The notes under the pieces are model-generated. The model saw only the letters and a program-made list of their open reading frames with translations, was not told where the DNA came from and searched no databases. 64,000 nucleotides of DNA, taken from IMG/VR virus record IMGVR_UViG_2600255075_000001, positions 55,584 to 119,583 of that record; one strand, given 5' to 3'. The translations under genes were made by a program, and so were the position numbers. This DNA is from a virus (taxonomy: Duplodnaviria > Caudoviricetes). Shown in pieces: positions 36,422-46,972 of this stretch. How positions within the stretch are numbered: position 1 is the stretch's first letter; every line of letters begins with the position of its first letter.

Positions 36422-38062
36422 ATGAATCTTACAGTCAGCACGAGTCTCCCTATCACCTTCGAGCAGATTGAGAAGTTACCTGATTCGCGCTTTACAAAAG
36501 TAAAAATATATCTTTGTCATACAGGAAAAAACTTAAATAACTCGTATTTTGAAAAGAGTGTAATTGAAGAAGCTATTCCATCATTGGCAAACATTCCTAT
36601 CCTTGGTTTTATACAAGTAGATAATCTTAATGAAGCAGATTTTAAAGGTCACGAACAGCGACTTATGATTGATGAAAACGGAGTAACTGTTGAGTATTTA
36701 GGTAGGGCCTATGGTGTTATCCCAGAAGACAATAGAGCTTACTTTGAAAATAAGCTGTGCGATGATAATGTTACGAGAGAGTTTCTAGTTGTTGAAGGAG
36801 TCTTATGGAACAAATTTAAAGACGCAACCGAGATTATTATTAATAATGACTCTCGTCCACAATCTATGGAGCTAGCGCCATCTTCAATTGAAGGCAACTT
36901 CAAAAAAGATGGTGTTTTCTATTTTTCTAAATTTCAATTTGAAGGCGCATGCATTTTGGGATCTAATATTACTCCGGCAATGCGCGGATCTGTAATTGAA
37001 AATGTAGATTTTAGTCTTAATAGCGCTTCACTTCAATCCATGTTGAATGAATTTAACACAACATATTCAGAATTAAATCAACCCTCTAAGGAGGATGATA
37101 ATAAATATAAAGGAGGAGTTAACTTGAACGAAAAATTGGAGCTGTTCAAGAAATTTCCGACTCTTAAAGATGAAGACATTGCTGAACTTAAAGCAAACAT
37201 TGAGCAATACTCTCTTGAAGAATTAGAAACAAACTTGAATCAGATCGTTAAGTCACAAACAGATAGCAACACTTTCTCTCTTACTGCACAGCAACTCCAA
37301 CAGGAAATTAGAGGAGCATTAACTCTAGAGCGAGTGATTGATAAATGGAATGACAGTGTTCGTGCTTACTGGTATATAGATCATGATGATAATAGAGTAT
37401 ATGCTGAAGACACTCAAGATGGTTATCTTCCAGTTGGTCTTAACTATACAAAAAGTGGCGACTCAGTAGTTATTGATTTTGAAAGTAAGAAAAGGATCAA
37501 ATGGGTCCCCCAGGATCTAGAAGAAGGCATTGAAACTGCTGTTTCCTTTGTATCTATTGATCGCAGTGCCGCTGAATTGGAAATTACAAAGAAGACTGTT
37601 GAACAGGATTTTTTCACTAAGTTAGAGGAAATAAATACTGAGTTAGACGAATTAAAGCCTCAATTTGAAGCTACGAAAGCACAGAATGAAAAATTGCAAG
37701 CTGAAGTATCTGAATATTCTTCTAATGTTGACAATGAAAAATTAAAAGTGCAAATCAATGAACTCTCTGCTTACAAACTAGCAAGAGAAAAGCAGGATAA
37801 GCTCGATGTAATTAAGAACTTCAAAGATCTTACTGATGACGAGAAGAAACCATTTCAAGATGAAGTTGATAAATATGCTATAGAAGAACTTGAAGATAAG
37901 CTCTTCTCTTTTGTTGGACGCAAGGGTCTATCTAGCTTCTCTGCGAATCGTGGATCTAAGGAATATCTAACTACATCTCTAGCTAATTTTGAGGCTCAGA
38001 CTAAATCTAACGAACCCACATGGGCAAGTTTAGTCGAAGATTTTAAAAATAAAAGTAATTGA
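36422..38062 (+). CDS. prohead protease/scaffold fusion (YonD-like)
   Basis: HTGKNLNNS, QSMEL, CILG...PAM protease-like N-terminus; acidic coiled-coil C-terminus. Confidence 0.8.
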   Translation: MNLTVSTSLPITFEQIEKLPDSRFTKVKIYLCHTGKNLNNSYFEKSVIEEAIPSLANIPILGFIQVDNLNEADFKGHEQRLMIDENGVTVEYLGRAYGVIPEDNRAYFENKLCDDNVTREFLVVEGVLWNKFKDATEIIINNDSRPQSMELAPSSIEGNFKKDGVFYFSKFQFEGACILGSNITPAMRGSVIENVDFSLNSASLQSMLNEFNTTYSELNQPSKEDDNKYKGGVNLNEKLELFKKFPTLKDEDIAELKANIEQYSLEELETNLNQIVKSQTDSNTFSLTAQQLQQEIRGALTLERVIDKWNDSVRAYWYIDHDDNRVYAEDTQDGYLPVGLNYTKSGDSVVIDFESKKRIKWVPQDLEEGIETAVSFVSIDRSAAELEITKKTVEQDFFTKLEEINTELDELKPQFEATKAQNEKLQAEVSEYSSNVDNEKLKVQINELSAYKLAREKQDKLDVIKNFKDLTDDEKKPFQDEVDKYAIEELEDKLFSFVGRKGLSSFSANRGSKEYLTTSLANFEAQTKSNEPTWASLVEDFKNKSN

Positions 38063-38083
38063 AACTAGGAGGCAATATAAATC

Positions 38084-38620
38084 ATGGCTATTGTTAAACA
38101 ACCGAGTGTATATGGTGTGGTCGAATTAAATCACATTGCAGCAGTTAAAACAGGTGAAATTAAAGCTCAATTCCCTTTGAATACAACTGATTTTGCATCT
38201 ACACCAGCAGAAAATGGCATGCTATTAATCGTTGACGAAGTAATTGAAGACATCAAAAAACCAACTGGAATCACTAACTATGTCTATCTTCATGCTTCTG
38301 TAGAAAAAGACTACGAAGGCAAAGGGCGCAAACACTTCAGTGTAAAACCCGGTGAATTTCTTCCTAAATTGTTGAAATTGAAAAGAGGTGACACTTTCGA
38401 GACAAACAGCTTTGAATATGACACAGCGACCTATGCCAACTATGTGGCCATCACTGCGGCCATTAATAGCACTACAGTTTACGGAATTCCTTCTACATCT
38501 GGATACATTCGCATTGTTGCATCCCCCGGTGGTACCGAGGCAGTAACTCTAAAAGTTGTTAAAGGTGTTACTCTTCCCAACGGTGAACTCGGTCTTAAAT
38601 TTGTCGTAGATAAAGGGTAG
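38084..38620 (+). CDS. putative capsid decoration/structural protein
   Basis: Between scaffold and capsid genes; ENGMLL motif. Confidence 0.6.
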   Translation: MAIVKQPSVYGVVELNHIAAVKTGEIKAQFPLNTTDFASTPAENGMLLIVDEVIEDIKKPTGITNYVYLHASVEKDYEGKGRKHFSVKPGEFLPKLLKLKRGDTFETNSFEYDTATYANYVAITAAINSTTVYGIPSTSGYIRIVASPGGTEAVTLKVVKGVTLPNGELGLKFVVDKG

Positions 38621-38657
38621 TAAATAAAAACTTAAAATACTAGGAGGATAATACACA

Positions 38658-39650
38658 ATGGCAGATATGACAATTAAACAACTTGCGGTCGCTGTTTATA
38701 AAAAACAAGCCCCCACTAACTTCTCTTTGAATGATATGGAAGGCGCATTGCGCGATAAATTCCGCGAACTTGCTTCAGATTTTAATACTTATCGTCGTAA
38801 TAAAATTGAGATTTTTGAACTCATTGAGCAAGTAATCGATGAAGTCGCACCTAAAAAAATTATCGAAGCAATTGGTATGTTCGCAGAAGTCAAAACTTAT
38901 GGTCAAGGTGAGCGCGCGCGCTTCAAACGTAAGCTTGGTCGTAATAATGTTAGACGCTTCATCACACGTGTTGGACTTGGTGGAATTTACGAACGTGTAC
39001 GCTTGGATAGCGATTATGTAGACGTTGCCACACATGCTTACGGCGGGGCTGCATATGTGGAATTCGAACAATTCCTAGATGGAACGATGGATTTCACCGA
39101 TTTGGTCAATCTCATCATCGATGGAATTGAATATAAAATTTTAGAAGAAGTACAAGCAGCACTCATCGCTACTTTTAATGGCCTTCCCGCAGCCAATAAA
39201 GCATCGGGTGCAGCTTTTGATGCGGCAGAAATGAGACGCTTGATTACAACTATTAAGGCATATGGCGGTAATGCGAACATCATTTGTACACCAGAATTCG
39301 CCGGTACAATTACGCCTGCATCTGGATTTGTCGGTGACCCAGACAAGGCAGATATGCGCAATCAAGGATATATTGGCCGTTTTGAAGGTGCGAATGTAAT
39401 CGTACTTCCACAATCCTTTACTGATTCCAGTAACACAACCAAAGTTCTCAATCCTCAATTTGCTTTCATTGTACCTACCGGTGGTACAGAAGATGAAAAA
39501 ATTGTAAAAGTGGCTCTTGAGGGGCAGACAGTTGTAAAAGAAGTACAAAATGCCGATGATTCCATGGAATTCCAAGCATACAAAAAAATCGGTAGCAATA
39601 TTTTGTTCACTAATTACTTTGCGGTTTATAAGAACACGGCTCTACAATAA
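38658..39650 (+). CDS. major capsid protein
   Basis: Position, 330 aa, strong RBS, followed by hairpin. Confidence 0.8.
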   Translation: MADMTIKQLAVAVYKKQAPTNFSLNDMEGALRDKFRELASDFNTYRRNKIEIFELIEQVIDEVAPKKIIEAIGMFAEVKTYGQGERARFKRKLGRNNVRRFITRVGLGGIYERVRLDSDYVDVATHAYGGAAYVEFEQFLDGTMDFTDLVNLIIDGIEYKILEEVQAALIATFNGLPAANKASGAAFDAAEMRRLITTIKAYGGNANIICTPEFAGTITPASGFVGDPDKADMRNQGYIGRFEGANVIVLPQSFTDSSNTTKVLNPQFAFIVPTGGTEDEKIVKVALEGQTVVKEVQNADDSMEFQAYKKIGSNILFTNYFAVYKNTALQ

Positions 39651-39718
39651 CATCCATTTTTGAGGACGGATAATCCCGTCCTCTATTATTAAATTATAAA
39701 GGGAGCGAATATTTCAAT

Positions 39719-40207
39719 ATGGCAAATCGAAAACTAACTGATAAAACTATGGTCTCAGTCTTTAATAATAACGGCGGTGTTGTATTCTATTATTCTGAAC
39801 TCAATAGAGTAAAACGAAGATGGGATAAGCCAAACGTAGACAAGAAAATATCTCTTGAAGAATTGAAAGAACTAGTAAATACCGCGGGTGGTTATGAACT
39901 TCTACGTGATGACCTTTTAATCACAGACATTGATGTGCGCGAAGAATTAGGTCTACCCGTAGAAAAAGAATATATGCTTGATGATCAAGGAATCAAAGAA
40001 TTGCTCTGTAGATCACAAGAAGATTTGGAAGAAGTTCTTAGTAATGCTTCAGACGCAATCAAAGAAAAAATTGCACATGTTGCGATACTAATTCAACTTG
40101 CCGACTTGAATAAAATTGAAGTCATAAAGGCCAATACTGGCATCGATATTCTTTCTGCAATCCAACAAGGAAAAGAAGATCAAAAAACAGGCGTAAAGAC
40201 TAAATAA
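39719..40207 (+). CDS. phage structural-module protein
   Basis: Position in head module. Confidence 0.65.
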   Translation: MANRKLTDKTMVSVFNNNGGVVFYYSELNRVKRRWDKPNVDKKISLEELKELVNTAGGYELLRDDLLITDIDVREELGLPVEKEYMLDDQGIKELLCRSQEDLEEVLSNASDAIKEKIAHVAILIQLADLNKIEVIKANTGIDILSAIQQGKEDQKTGVKTK

Positions 40208-40220
40208 AGGAGAGGTATGC

Positions 40221-40679
40221 TTGCCCACTCCATTTTCTAAGGTGTTTTCTATTTTCACTGGTAAAATTCAAGATGACCTCTACTCTATCCTTTCTGTAGA
40301 GGAAGCCGAACTTGATATGATAGATTTGTTAAATGAATCAATCGTTAAATTTGAATTCCCTAAAGAGGATATAAGAAATAAAGACGACTTAATTAAGGAG
40401 TTCATAGAAGATTTATCATTAGGCACTATTAGTATTCTTGGTAATCTTATGGTACTTGAATGGCAAGACCGCCAGATAAACAATATTTCCCTAATTAAAC
40501 AGCGTATGTCCAGTAAAGACTTTAAGTTTACTTCTCAAGCTAATCATTTAGAAGCTCTTCTAAAACTTAGAGAAGAAACGGAGAGACGTGTGTTCAAACT
40601 AAAAAGGCAATACTCATATCTTCAAACAGGAGAAAATTATAATAAACCTGATTATAGTGGTTTAGGCGGTGGCACCTAA
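40221..40679 (+). CDS. putative head-tail adaptor
   Basis: Position; KDFKFTSQANHL motif. Confidence 0.6.
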   Translation: MPTPFSKVFSIFTGKIQDDLYSILSVEEAELDMIDLLNESIVKFEFPKEDIRNKDDLIKEFIEDLSLGTISILGNLMVLEWQDRQINNISLIKQRMSSKDFKFTSQANHLEALLKLREETERRVFKLKRQYSYLQTGENYNKPDYSGLGGGT

Positions 40680-41905
40680 TGAGTTGGCAAGAAAGATTTG
40701 CTCTACGTATGAACGCCATCGGCACAACCATAAGACAGCGTGAGATAAATAATGAAATTCTTAGAATAGGTGAAATTTTTAGCGACTCTCCTTCTTATGC
40801 ATTAGTTTATCAGAATGACGCCGCTACTCCTGCTGATGTATGGATAACAGATAATTCAGATTCGAAGGGAACAAAAGACATAGTTTCCCAGTTAAAAGTT
40901 CCACTCTATGCCGGGGACTTAATTGAATGGAATTATGAAAAATGGCTTATTACTTCAATGGAAAGCATATCTACCATTTATTATGCTGGAACGATGTCAA
41001 AGTGCCTTGGAAATTTAAAATGGCTTAACGGCGATGGTCTTATGAGAGACACATGGTTTACATTTAATAGCATATCAAATGCTAATTCAGGCGTGAATGA
41101 GGGCCAGATCATCAATTTAGGTAACGAGTATAGGCACATTCTTATTCCTCTTAATGAGAATACAAAGTTAATAAGTAAAGATAAGAGATTTATTTTAGAT
41201 CAACGCGCTTGGAAGGCAATAGGAGTAGATCGAATTAGCAAACGAGGTATTATCAATTTAACCTTAAAAGAAGATGCCGTGGCTAACTCTGATAATTTAG
41301 AGTTAGAAGTTGCGGATTACAGAGGTAATACTGCCAATTACTCATTAGCAATTATCAATGACGACCCATCTTCTATCTCCGTTGGTTTCACATTGCAACT
41401 TCGGTCAGAAGTAAAAAATAACGGAACTCTAGTCAGTAAGCCTATTATATGGTCTGCTAATAATGAAGCAGTGGCAACGGTAAATGAAAGTGGAATTTTA
41501 TCAGCTCACAGTGTCGGTCAAGTAATAATTACAGCATCTTTAGCAGACAATCCTTCAATCTCAACATCTATTGATGTGACTATTGTAGATATTCCTAAAC
41601 TTTACACTATTGAAATTGAGTCCAATTCCACATTACCTCACGAGATTAAGAATGGTCAGTCTAAAACATATATTGCAAAAGTATATGAAAATAGTTCATT
41701 GGTTTTGGAAAATTTAGAATGGCAGTTATTTTCTGACGATCAGATCTCCCCCACCTCTCTCGGATTGATTAATTCTCAAACCAATGAATCCTGTATTGTA
41801 AAAAATAACAGATCAAATTCCGGCTACATCCAACTGAAGGTATCTTTGGTAAAAGATGCCTCAATATATAGATGGCTACGTCTGCAAATGAAACCTCTAG
41901 TATAA
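40679..41905 (+). CDS. putative head-closure protein with Ig-like (Big_2) domain
   Basis: WS.NNEAVATVNESG.L.A..VG.V.ITAS Ig motif. Confidence 0.7.
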   Translation: MSWQERFALRMNAIGTTIRQREINNEILRIGEIFSDSPSYALVYQNDAATPADVWITDNSDSKGTKDIVSQLKVPLYAGDLIEWNYEKWLITSMESISTIYYAGTMSKCLGNLKWLNGDGLMRDTWFTFNSISNANSGVNEGQIINLGNEYRHILIPLNENTKLISKDKRFILDQRAWKAIGVDRISKRGIINLTLKEDAVANSDNLELEVADYRGNTANYSLAIINDDPSSISVGFTLQLRSEVKNNGTLVSKPIIWSANNEAVATVNESGILSAHSVGQVIITASLADNPSISTSIDVTIVDIPKLYTIEIESNSTLPHEIKNGQSKTYIAKVYENSSLVLENLEWQLFSDDQISPTSLGLINSQTNESCIVKNNRSNSGYIQLKVSLVKDASIYRWLRLQMKPLV

Positions 41906-41923
41906 GATTATTGAGGTGAATGA

Positions 41924-42412
41924 ATGGCAAAATTTGAACAACTTAATCAATATGTAACCAATATATTTTCCGTTCTCATTGAGAATCAGGATCTTTGTAA
42001 GTTACTATTCTACGCAGTAGATGATCCACTTTCTGAAGTGGATCTGACAGAAGATCAACGCTTTGAATTATTACATACACACATTTACCCCATGCCGAAA
42101 ATTCCAGGAGAACAATCTGCACAATCTAGTTTTTTAAGCATCTATTTTGACAACTTCAAATTGGCCAATGAAAACAAAGGAATAAAAGACAGTAGCCTAG
42201 TAATTGATATCCTTATTCATAACGAAATATGGAATTTACATGGGACAGGTCTTTTCCGTCCATACTCTATTTTGAGTGAGATCGATAAGATGGTTAACAA
42301 TGAACGAGTAGCCGGTATAAAAAAAATGGAATTTGACAGAGGTAGACTTATCCGTTACAACGCGGATTATTCTGGCTACCAGGTAACCTATAGTATGTCG
42401 AGCGTTAATTGA
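41924..42412 (+). CDS. putative tail terminator/connector
   Basis: Position and size. Confidence 0.5.
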   Translation: MAKFEQLNQYVTNIFSVLIENQDLCKLLFYAVDDPLSEVDLTEDQRFELLHTHIYPMPKIPGEQSAQSSFLSIYFDNFKLANENKGIKDSSLVIDILIHNEIWNLHGTGLFRPYSILSEIDKMVNNERVAGIKKMEFDRGRLIRYNADYSGYQVTYSMSSVN

Positions 42413-43131
42413 TGGAATCCGTTAAGTACATATTGGGCAAACCTGAATTAGAAAAAGACGCCGGTTTTATTTACCCTGTCAAAGTAAAAGACTACGACGA
42501 GTTTAATGATTGCAGGAATGTCCTCTACATTAATAAGAATCATTTCTCTAACGAATATCAAGAATACCCTTTATTAGATCTTATAGTATACGGTTATAAA
42601 GATGTCGAGATGATACGACAGCTTAAGCTGCTTATTAAGTTAGTGACTGGTCACGATCCTCTACTTCACGAAGACAATAATGGCTGCTCGTTTGTCATAA
42701 GTGCTGATAAGAAGGTATATAGCGGTAACTATGAAAACTTTCGTAGAATTGTCATGCGACAGAACCTCCTGTTTGAGCAAAAGGTTTACAAAAATAAGCT
42801 CACTCAAGAATGGGCTAATAAGGCTATTGAAGCTAAAAGTAAAAACGGTATCCCTATCACCTTCGAAGACATGATTACAACGGTCTCTGTAATTACTGGT
42901 AAAACCTACGACCAAATTGGGGAACAAACCATCTATCAATTAACCGCTGATTTCAAACGCATAGCGAGAGATAAGAGTTATCACACTTCGATTGCGATGA
43001 AATGTGCTGGTGCTGAAAAAGTTTCTATCGAGCATTTTGCAGAGGAAATCAATATGTTTGAAAATCCATATGACAATTTGTTCGTCGGCAAGGAAAACCT
43101 AAATCAATTAAATAAAGCACTAAGAAATTAA
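42409..43131 (+). CDS. phage tail-module protein
   Basis: Position. Confidence 0.6.
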   Translation: MMESVKYILGKPELEKDAGFIYPVKVKDYDEFNDCRNVLYINKNHFSNEYQEYPLLDLIVYGYKDVEMIRQLKLLIKLVTGHDPLLHEDNNGCSFVISADKKVYSGNYENFRRIVMRQNLLFEQKVYKNKLTQEWANKAIEAKSKNGIPITFEDMITTVSVITGKTYDQIGEQTIYQLTADFKRIARDKSYHTSIAMKCAGAEKVSIEHFAEEINMFENPYDNLFVGKENLNQLNKALRN

Positions 43132-43174
43132 AAGGGCATTTGGCTCTTTATTTTTTTTATAGGAGGAATAACTA

Positions 43175-43909
43175 GTGGCATTGATTGCAGACGTATTTAT
43201 TGCACTTTTAGTTGACCCGAGTGGTCAAACTTTTGCATCAACTACTCTTCAAAGTGGAGATATTGATTTTAACGTAAAAGAAAATGAGGTTCGAGGTGGA
43301 CGCGGTAATGCACTACAAGGCGTTCTTCATTCTGACAGAGATATTTCTGTCAAGATGACTGACAGTCTATTCCGTTATGATTGGATGGCCCGTCAACTCG
43401 GTCAGTCTATTGTAACAGGAGCAGGCAGAGCGTATGCTATGCCAGAATGGTACACTGCCAGCGGTTCAAGCACAATCAAAATTTCGCTTCCTGAAGCACC
43501 GATTGCTGATACTTTGGTAATTTACAAAGCTGACGGGACCCTTGTCCCAAAAGCCAATTATACACTCTCTAATAAAGATGTAACCTTTACAACAGGTGTT
43601 ACTGCAGGTGAAAAAGTTGATGTTAGGACTTATCAATATGCAACTTCTGCAAAGACAGAAACCATTAACATTGACAACAGTGTATTTGCAAAAGGTACAA
43701 AACTAATTCTTGAAACTTTAGAAATTGATAACGATGAAACCCCTCTGTATAAGATCCAATACATTTTCGAAAGCGCAGTCCCTACGGGCAATTTCTCGAT
43801 TAAGACAGCTTCCGAGCGCAACGGTCAGGCGCAGCAATTTGATTTAAAAGTGCTTAAACCTAAAGACAGTAATGTGATTGGACAAGTACTTCGTATTCCA
43901 CTTACTTAG
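43175..43909 (+). CDS. major tail (tube) protein
   Basis: EVRGGRGN motif, strong RBS, followed by terminator. Confidence 0.75.
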   Translation: MALIADVFIALLVDPSGQTFASTTLQSGDIDFNVKENEVRGGRGNALQGVLHSDRDISVKMTDSLFRYDWMARQLGQSIVTGAGRAYAMPEWYTASGSSTIKISLPEAPIADTLVIYKADGTLVPKANYTLSNKDVTFTTGVTAGEKVDVRTYQYATSAKTETINIDNSVFAKGTKLILETLEIDNDETPLYKIQYIFESAVPTGNFSIKTASERNGQAQQFDLKVLKPKDSNVIGQVLRIPLT

Positions 43910-43921
43910 TCCTTATCTTCC

Positions 43922-43958
43922 TGGGAAGACGCCACTTCGGTTTCTTCCCATTTTTTTA
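43922..43958 (+). terminator. intrinsic terminator
   Basis: TGGGAAGA...TCTTCCCA followed by T7. Confidence 0.7.
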
Positions 43959-44073
43959 TCTTGACAATGAAATACACATTTTATGACTTATCGCCACTTG
44001 CCGAGCTCAAAACTACGAACGATTAGAATTTAAATACATAGTCCCCTACTTAATTAAATTGGAGGAAAATATA

Positions 44074-44607
44074 ATGAATAGACTAACACTCACGAGTGAT
44101 TCTATTAACGCCCTCGATACAGACTACGACATGCTTCAAAAAGTAGACTTTAAAGATGGAAGCTACACTGAAATTTATAAATCTTTTCGACCAACCAAGA
44201 TAGATGAAATGGTAAAGTCGCTTGCAAACTTTATAACTCAATATGAGAAACATCAAGGAAAAATTAATGACAACAAAATGTTTTACAGTCTTTTATATCT
44301 TCACATAGTTATTTATTTTTCCAAATTGATCCCCGAGTTGCCAACAGACTTTCCTACTAAACTTGATCTCTTCCTTAAGCTACTCGATAATCAGTATGTC
44401 GTTGAGCTTGAAGAAAGCTTCGATGTAAGCGAGATCGCTAAAGTTTATTCGGTAATTGAAAAAAGCCTCCGCATTCACAAAGAGGCAACGAAGCAAATCA
44501 ATGCAGCAAGAGAAGAAGTCAGAAATAATCTGGACAATCTTGAACTCCAAAATAGCGATATTTTTGAGAATCTAAAAGACACTGTATCCAATGAAAGAGT
44601 TCAATAA
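44074..44607 (+). CDS. putative tail assembly chaperone
   Basis: After tail tube; GGAGG RBS before ATG 44074. Confidence 0.5.
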   Translation: MNRLTLTSDSINALDTDYDMLQKVDFKDGSYTEIYKSFRPTKIDEMVKSLANFITQYEKHQGKINDNKMFYSLLYLHIVIYFSKLIPELPTDFPTKLDLFLKLLDNQYVVELEESFDVSEIAKVYSVIEKSLRIHKEATKQINAAREEVRNNLDNLELQNSDIFENLKDTVSNERVQ

Positions 44608-45016
44608 TTTAACGGATACTCTATCTTTTTTGCAGCAACAGATCAATTCATCGCTCAAAGAAGAGGTTTCTGATTTAACAGTGAAGACACTTCAAGAGAA
44701 TATGCAGAAAGAAGTTTACGATGTGTATCAACCCAAAAAATATGATCGATCGGGTTATCAAGGTGGATTAATTGATCCTTCGAACATCGAAGTTAAAATA
44801 AATGGAAGTTTATTATCTGTAGAATCAGTGAGAAATGATGAGGACCGAAATGTAAGTGAAATTGTTGAGACTGGTAAGGGTTACACTTACAATTTTGAGT
44901 ATGCAGGTAAGCCACGCCCCTTCACTGATACAACAAGAGAAGAATTAAGAGAATCTAATAAATTAATTCATAGTATGAAGAACGGACTGCATAAAAGAGG
45001 CATCAAGACAGATTAA
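44591..45016 (+). CDS. HK97 gp10-like tail/neck protein
   Basis: VYD.Y.P..Y.R, GKPRPF motifs. Confidence 0.55.
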   Translation: MKEFNNLTDTLSFLQQQINSSLKEEVSDLTVKTLQENMQKEVYDVYQPKKYDRSGYQGGLIDPSNIEVKINGSLLSVESVRNDEDRNVSEIVETGKGYTYNFEYAGKPRPFTDTTREELRESNKLIHSMKNGLHKRGIKTD

Positions 45017-45028
45017 GGAAGTGAATGG

Positions 45029-46012
45029 ATGGCAGAAGTTGAAAAATTGCCCGAAGTAACAGAGGAAGAATGGAATAGTGTAAACGAATATAACATAGAG
45101 ATTGTGGATGAGTTTCTCCAACAGCAGCACCTCTCCCCTCAAACTTTAAAACAGTATGAATCAGCATTGAAAATCTTTTTCCGCTTTGTTAGAGAGAAAT
45201 GTAAGAACGCACCTCTTTATGAATTGAAACCTAAGCATGCACTTCAGTATCAAAACTTTTTGATGAGTAGAGGACTATCTTCTAGTGCCGTTAAATTAAA
45301 ACGATCAGCAGTCTCTTCCCTATGCGGCTATTTAGAAGTTTATTATGCAGACGAACATCCATTGTTCCGTAACATTTATAACAAGAAGATACCTAATCCA
45401 CCCAAAACAGCAAGACATGAGAAAAAGCCGCTTTCTCAGGCTGAAATAGATAATTTGATACATGTATTAGAAGAAAGATCAGAGTGGCAAATGCTTGCGT
45501 ATGTTTTATTTAGTTATGATTCAGGTTGTCGAAGAGGAGAAACACGTCAACTCCTAAAAGAAGTTGCCACTTACCAGTATTCCAAGGATATGAAAACTGG
45601 AGAAGAAAAGAATTACTACCTGACCCATAATATCCGTACAAAAGGACGAGGAAAAGAAGGAAAGGTCAGAAAGCTAATTTTTTCAGACATGTCGATGACT
45701 GCTATCAAGAAATGGCTTTCCGTACGTGGAGACGACGACTGCCCCTATGTTTTTGTACATAAGACAAAGGCTGGAAATACTAAACAGCTCAGTCCTACAG
45801 CATTTAACGATTGGTGCACAGACGTTTTTTCGGAAATTGTTGGACGCAGGGTTCATCCCCATCAACTTCGTTCTTCTAGAGCAACAAACTTAGTAGCTGT
45901 CGAAGGTAAGGACATCGAAAAGGTAAAGAATCTGCTTGGGCATCAATCGTCCGAGACAACAAAAATCTACGTTGTTAAAGAGGGCGAAGATGATGTGGAT
46001 GATCTTTTTTAA
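45029..46012 (+). CDS. tyrosine recombinase embedded in tail module (YomM-like)
   Basis: GCRRGE, KG, HQLR, LGH, TT.IY: full catalytic set. Confidence 0.92.
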   Translation: MAEVEKLPEVTEEEWNSVNEYNIEIVDEFLQQQHLSPQTLKQYESALKIFFRFVREKCKNAPLYELKPKHALQYQNFLMSRGLSSSAVKLKRSAVSSLCGYLEVYYADEHPLFRNIYNKKIPNPPKTARHEKKPLSQAEIDNLIHVLEERSEWQMLAYVLFSYDSGCRRGETRQLLKEVATYQYSKDMKTGEEKNYYLTHNIRTKGRGKEGKVRKLIFSDMSMTAIKKWLSVRGDDDCPYVFVHKTKAGNTKQLSPTAFNDWCTDVFSEIVGRRVHPHQLRSSRATNLVAVEGKDIEKVKNLLGHQSSETTKIYVVKEGEDDVDDLF

Positions 46013-46062
46013 CCATAAAATCAGCATTTTATAGTAAGCAAAAGATAATAAAAGTAAAACTA

Positions 46063-46091
46063 TTGTATATTTGAATGATAACTGGTATCAT
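46063..46091 (+). promoter_or_regulatory. sigma-A-type promoter
   Basis: TTGTAT-N17-TATCAT with TG extension. Confidence 0.55.
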
Positions 46092-46293
46092 CTCTTTCAA
46101 AAGGAGGAGATTGTTATCAAAATACATATAAATATCGCTAAGCTTTGGAAGCAATTGTCGCTTAATGAACAGTCTTTAAAGTGTTTTCTGAAAAATCTAT
46201 AGCATTATTATCAAAACAGCCTGCATCTATTAAGGTGCAGTGTCATTTTGATAATAATAAAACCGATCTTAAAGATCGGTTAAGATAGTCCAG

Positions 46294-46845
46294 TTATATT
46301 TCATATTGTAATTCTTCGACATTCGTTTCTCTGCCTGCAGACTCATTAAACAACCTGACAATACCTTTTGTAAAATCGTAACTATACCCAGTCAAGAAGA
46401 GTGCTTCTTTTTTTTCATTATTTTTATCAAAATAAACCACTTGAATATATGGCTGAAGAATTTCATCTTGTTTACTTTGGTTGGCAAGACCGCTCATACC
46501 GCCCACGATTGCACCAATAGGACCAAGCAGCATACCGCCAGTTACCGCACGAAGGATAACAGATTTTTGTTTTTCGCTTAATTTTAGCTCTCTTGCAAGC
46601 AGACATCTTGCTTGAACATACCTGTCAATAGGAATTATCTGTGTGTCATTTATGGTCAGTTTATCTGAGTAAATCTTTATGTCTGCCCCTACCCCGGAAT
46701 CCAAATTGGGTATTCCGCATACGTGCTTTGATTGAAATTGTCCCAAAATTCCCTTAGATTTATTTGATTTTGAAATTATCAATCCGATACTTACAGTCAC
46801 CGCAAGGAGACATGCCATTATCATTAAAATCCAAATTAGCGCCAT
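46294..46845 (-). CDS. membrane-anchored moron protein, opposite to late operon
   Basis: N-terminal TM and glycine-zipper GGMLLGPIGAIVGG. Confidence 0.8.
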   Translation of the reverse strand: MALIWILMIMACLLAVTVSIGLIISKSNKSKGILGQFQSKHVCGIPNLDSGVGADIKIYSDKLTINDTQIIPIDRYVQARCLLARELKLSEKQKSVILRAVTGGMLLGPIGAIVGGMSGLANQSKQDEILQPYIQVVYFDKNNEKKEALFLTGYSYDFTKGIVRLFNESAGRETNVEELQYEI

Positions 46846-46972
46846 AAGGAACCCCCAATTTAGTTATAAGGAAAATATATCATATTGATCCTTAACCTTC
46901 TACACATATAAATATTGAATTTTAAGAAGCGACTTTGTTCGCTTCTTTTTTATTTCACTTTTGGAGGTAATT

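Noticed and set aside
44074-45016. Programmed frameshift in tail chaperone genes
   Set aside because: No convincing slippery heptamer near the overlap
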